Positions 60,476 through 64,000 of a stretch of 64,000 nucleotides of DNA are shown here, piece by piece (position 1 is the first letter of the stretch; every line of letters starts with the position of its first letter). The notes under the pieces were generated by a model, which ran no database searches, was not told where the DNA came from, and saw only the letters and a program-made list of their open reading frames with translations. Source of the DNA: an uncultured bacterium (GTDB taxonomy: Bacteria; Chloroflexota; UBA5177; JANWHV01); assembly GCA_963729625.1 (NCBI GenBank), contig CAVSOU010000011.1, forward strand, positions 224,001 through 288,000. The letters are read 5' to 3'. A program made the position numbers and the translations under genes.

Positions 60476-60754
60476 ATGAACTGTACCAAGACGGCCGTGA
60501 GTATTCCGCGGGAAGTGTTCGAGGGCGGCGAAGCAGCGGCTGCTGAGCTAGGCATTTCGCGCAGCGAGCTGTACACGCAGGCCTTGCGCGAGCTGCTGCG
60601 CGCACGGAAGATCGTGCGTGCACGTGCCCGCCTGGATGAAGCGGTGATAGCTCAGGGTGCCGGCGAGGACCATAGCGAGAGCGCTCGCGCATTACATAGC
60701 GTCGCCGGCGCAACGATTCGCGGCGCCGCTGCGCGCGGTGAGTCCACGTGGTAG
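60476..60754 (+). CDS. RHH antitoxin (MazE/ChpI-like)
   Basis: KTAVSIP..F...AAELGISRSELYTQAL; overlaps the toxin start. Confidence 0.85.
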   Translation: MNCTKTAVSIPREVFEGGEAAAAELGISRSELYTQALRELLRARKIVRARARLDEAVIAQGAGEDHSESARALHSVAGATIRGAAARGESTW

Positions 60755-61119
60755 TGCATGAGGGTGATGTGTACTGGTATGACTTCGGCGATCCGCGGGG
60801 TTCGGAGCCTGGGTACCACCGCCCGGTCGTTGTCGTACAGGGCGAATTGTTCAACGCCTCGGCTTTGGCGACTGTCGTGGTCTGTGCGCTGACCAGTAAC
60901 CCAGCGCTGGCACGACATCCGGGGAACGTCAGTCTCGGTCGCGGAGAGGCGCATCTCGACAGAGACAGTGTTGCCGTGGTAAGCCAGATCTTCACGGTCG
61001 ATCGTCTGAACCTGGGCGACTATATTGGAGGACTCTCCGCGGAACCGCTGGCAATGATTCGCCTAGGCATCCGCCTGGTTCTTGGTGACGAGGCAGCGAT
61101 CGACTCGTTGCTCGAGTGA
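60748..61119 (+). CDS. mazF: PemK/MazF-family endoribonuclease toxin
   Basis: GDVYW..GSEPGYHRPVVVVQ..LTSN..SQIFTVDR. Confidence 0.92.
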   Translation: MVVHEGDVYWYDFGDPRGSEPGYHRPVVVVQGELFNASALATVVVCALTSNPALARHPGNVSLGRGEAHLDRDSVAVVSQIFTVDRLNLGDYIGGLSAEPLAMIRLGIRLVLGDEAAIDSLLE

Positions 61120-61250
61120 CTTGGCCCAAGCGACCTGAAACGGGGCAACTGCTGTCGTCGGGCGAGTGGCCAACTATCACGGAAAGTAGCCGAGTTAGCG
61201 GAGCGACGATAGCATCCGAGAGCACCACGAGTAGGTGCGTACCGCAGATG

Positions 61251-61280
61251 AGCTTCGCATAACATCAATTATGCGAGGCT
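61251..61280. other. dif-like tyrosine recombinase core site (11-6-11)
   Basis: GCTTCGCATAA-CATCAA-TTATGCGAGGC. Confidence 0.65.
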
Positions 61281-61335
61281 CAGTGTCGGGCATACCGCGG
61301 TCGGCTTGCCCGCTGGTAGTTTGCGGGAACTGTGT

Positions 61336-61403
61336 TGTACGTTGCCACAAAGGTTGAGGTTTCTGCCACAGAGCCTGCGCCGACGTAGCCACAAAGGTTG
61401 AGG
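61336..61403 (+). mobile_element. Tn7/Mu-like transposon terminus (TGT-N5 plus repeated transposase-binding sites)
   Basis: TGTACGTT, then GCCACAAAGGTTGAGG at 61344 and 61388, with a partial GCCACAGAG at 61365 (period ~22 bp). Confidence 0.55.
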
Positions 61404-61458
61404 CCATGCGATGGCATCGCGTGGTCGTGCATGGCGTGGTATGTGCGTGCACGCTACC

Positions 61459-61584
61459 TCACCCGCCCGATCGTCGACGCCGCGCGCGCACCTCGGCGTC
61501 GGCGGTCGCGTCGGTCTGTTCCGCGTAGCGCAGCGTGGTCTGCAGGTTCTTGTGCCCGAGGCGGATGGTGGCGAGGCTCACGCC
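61459..61584 (-). pseudogene. C-terminal remnant of a tyrosine recombinase/integrase
   Basis: Manual translation gives GVSLATIRLGHKNLQTTLRYAEQTDATADAEVRARRRRSGG* (LGH...T..Y box II). The upstream part is missing. Confidence 0.85.
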
Positions 61585-61921
61585 GCACCACTTCCTCGGC
61601 CCGTTAGTATGGTTAGTATGGAACAATCTGACCGCGGCCGTCTATCGCAACGGGCAGGCCGCGCGCCTAAAGTCGGCAAAGGACTGAAGGGAGCCGGCCG
61701 ACCCTCCTGCAGCGCCGCCTCGCAACGGCTGCACGACCCACGCGACTCGACCCGGCTTGCGCGAGAGAATAATCGAGGCGTGTCACGATCATGTCATGTG
61801 CTACTCATGCCGGATTCACCCTGGCACAGTTACGCTCATGGCATGTGAGGGGCACCCGGGGTCACAGTAGATCTACGCAGCAGCCGAGCGCGCGCCGCGC
61901 CGGAGAAGTTGGATCACGTCC

Positions 61922-62692
61922 ATGGCGTACCGCATCAGTGCAGATGGCAGCAGCATTTGCGACATTGCTGGCGCAGAATGGCTGGTAGCGCATCACCGTC
62001 GAGCAGTTGAAATAGACATCATGCCGAGTCGCTCAGGCACATTTGCATGGTATTTCGTGGCTCTGCTCGATGATGCAACGACATTCGTCGAGCGATTCGA
62101 CGATCTCTCGGCTTGCCGGAAGTTAGCTACGGGTGCTGATGTGCGATTGGAAGCCGGCATTGCCGCGGTGCGCTTCCCCAACGCAGTCATCACTGATCAT
62201 ACGCTCGAGCCATGCTACAGGCCTGACGAAACGCTCTGCGCGGGTGCCATATTCCTGGGCCGCACAGACGACACGGATCTCTACGTCATGGCGGCACCAC
62301 ACGGCCTTGTGCCGATGGCCAGGATCGATGCTCAGACTGCGCTCTACCCACTGTACCCGCTCACCCCGGAGGACGTTGCCGCCTACCGCCGGGGAAGGAG
62401 CCCACTCGCCGTCGCCCACGATCTTGCCGTTGCCACAGGGTACATCCCTGAGGTCAGCCTGCTCGCGCGTGCATCACTCGCACGTCCCGGCGGGTTGAAC
62501 TCCTGGACGGGCTTTACGGCGAACCTCGACATGGCGTCTCTCGCTCCGGCGCGACGCTCTGCCACATTTGGGGGACTCGTGTATAGATCGGCCTATCAGT
62601 ATCAGCGGGTGGCTCCCTGCGCGACACCATTCGCTGCGCCATTGCTGTCGCCCACGCTATCCTCCTCCTTCTTCTTACTTGCCGCGGGATAG
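61922..62692 (+). CDS. Hypothetical protein
   Basis: 256-aa ORF with SD-like GGAG upstream; no recognised motif. Confidence 0.5.
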   Translation: MAYRISADGSSICDIAGAEWLVAHHRRAVEIDIMPSRSGTFAWYFVALLDDATTFVERFDDLSACRKLATGADVRLEAGIAAVRFPNAVITDHTLEPCYRPDETLCAGAIFLGRTDDTDLYVMAAPHGLVPMARIDAQTALYPLYPLTPEDVAAYRRGRSPLAVAHDLAVATGYIPEVSLLARASLARPGGLNSWTGFTANLDMASLAPARRSATFGGLVYRSAYQYQRVAPCATPFAAPLLSPTLSSSFFLLAAG

Positions 62693-62794
62693 GCATGCCC
62701 CTTGCACCACGACCTGCCCAGCATGAGGAGCGGCAGGAGGGCCGCCACGTGTAGCGCCGCGACGACCCTCCTTGCCGCGCATCCCGCTGGCAGC

Positions 62795-64000
62795 CTACTG
62801 GGCAATGCCCTGCGTGCTGCTGGCAGTCTGGAGCGCGGGGTTCATCTCGGCACGCTCGCCGATGAATACCTGCCCGTTGGTGCTCTGCAGCCGGACGCCG
62901 ACCGGGCCGGCGAGCAGGCCACCGATGCTCGTCAGGTCCAGAGTGCTGCGGCTGTTCGCCGCCACTGCGAGGGTGCGCTGCACCGATGCACCGGTAGCGG
63001 CGTACAGGGTGATGCGCACCTGCACCGGCTTGAGACCGGGGTTGAACAGGTACAGTAGCTCCTGGCTCCCGGTGCCGATACTGCCACCGGGGAACAGCCA
63101 GGACGTAGCGCCGCCGTTCTGGCCGAAGACATCGGTGCCCGAACTAGCCCGGTTCAGGTCGGCCGGGCCCTCGTACTGCGGACTTTCGACCACGACGGGC
63201 ACGTTGCTGGTGACGACTACAGCCACGGTCCCATGAGGGAGCACGTCGTTGAGCTTGATGTTCCCTCGGCGTAACGGGTCGACCAGGATGGTCGAGGCGC
63301 CTGCAGGGCGGCCATCCATGCCGTAGAAGGTCGCCGTCACCGCGGCGAGAGTGGCCTGGTTCGGGTTGAGGATGGTCAGGAAGGTCTGCCGGCCGGGGCT
63401 GGTATCGCCCTGGGCGAAGAGCCAGACAGTGGAAGCGCCGGTCGCCCCGACCTGGTCGTGGGCGCCGCGCTGGCCCAGGCCGAAGCGCATGCTGCGCTCG
63501 ACCACCACCCCCTTGTCGGCAGTGACGATGGCGCTGACCGATAGGCCCGGCATGTACTGGCCGACGTCGATCTGGATGTTGGCACGTGGTGACACCAAGA
63601 AGCGCACCTCCCGCAGCGGTCGCCCGTTGAAGGGCAGGAAGCGCACGTCGACGATGGCGTAGCTGGTGTTGGGGTTCATGACCACGAGCGACTCGCGGAA
63701 GCTCTTGCCGGTGAAGCCCTCCGCCAGATACCAGCGGGTGGCTGGCGCGCCGGCGCCGATCGCCGTGCTGGTATCGCCGCCGCCGTAGCTGATCGTGCTG
63801 TCGGCGCCGATCTGACGATCGGCCTCCACGATCGTGGAAATGATTCGGCCGGCACCCGCCACGAGGGCCAGATCCACCGAAGCCCGAGCATGAGCCGCTA
63901 CTTGCAGCGTGGTGTGCCGCTCTGGGGCGTTCTGGTAGAGGAAGGTTAGCGTGACCCTTGCTGCCCCGTCGCTCGGGTTGAGGAGGGCCAGGACGGTGCG
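62795..64000 (-). CDS. Secreted/surface protein with WYLAEG-type beta repeats (5' end off the window)
   Basis: Repeats WYLAEG/WLFAQG/WLFPGG with ..NP.. and VVVER. The frame stays open to base 64000. Confidence 0.8.
   Translation of the reverse strand, partial: RTVLALLNPSDGAARVTLTFLYQNAPERHTTLQVAAHARASVDLALVAGAGRIISTIVEADRQIGADSTISYGGGDTSTAIGAGAPATRWYLAEGFTGKSFRESLVVMNPNTSYAIVDVRFLPFNGRPLREVRFLVSPRANIQIDVGQYMPGLSVSAIVTADKGVVVERSMRFGLGQRGAHDQVGATGASTVWLFAQGDTSPGRQTFLTILNPNQATLAAVTATFYGMDGRPAGASTILVDPLRRGNIKLNDVLPHGTVAVVVTSNVPVVVESPQYEGPADLNRASSGTDVFGQNGGATSWLFPGGSIGTGSQELLYLFNPGLKPVQVRITLYAATGASVQRTLAVAANSRSTLDLTSIGGLLAGPVGVRLQSTNGQVFIGERAEMNPALQTASSTQGIAQ

Overview
This GC-rich bacterial window looks like a soil Chloroflexota genome, an inference from gene style (the MSLLKRIE-type CpaF and the WYLAEG-repeat surface protein). 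From left to right it holds: a partly degenerate Tad/Flp pilus locus with an atypical NarL regulator; three GT-C-like membrane glycosyltransferases; oppABCDF; an ECF sigma/zinc anti-sigma pair; a TPR protein; rsmG; a class B PBP; and a small EPS cluster with a catalytically dead BY-kinase. Next come a STAND-TPR-regulated accessory cluster (cupin, FAD/BBE oxidase, PNPOx-like protein, nitrilase, DinB-like protein, OsmC), a ~1008-aa secreted protein with 273-bp tandem repeats, and a csoR-copA-(GDCCVxC/copZ) copper operon. Housekeeping and metabolic genes follow (class V aminotransferase, GntR, thpR, histidine phosphatase, zwf, ABC-F, typA, ADH, NRAMP, isochorismatase, SMP-30, DUF1801). The window ends with a mazEF-type TA pair next to a mobile-element scar: a palindromic dif-like 11-6-11 site, a Tn7/Mu-like terminus and a tyrosine recombinase remnant. 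I saw no tRNA, rRNA or CRISPR array. All calls come from motif recognition by eye; no searches were run.
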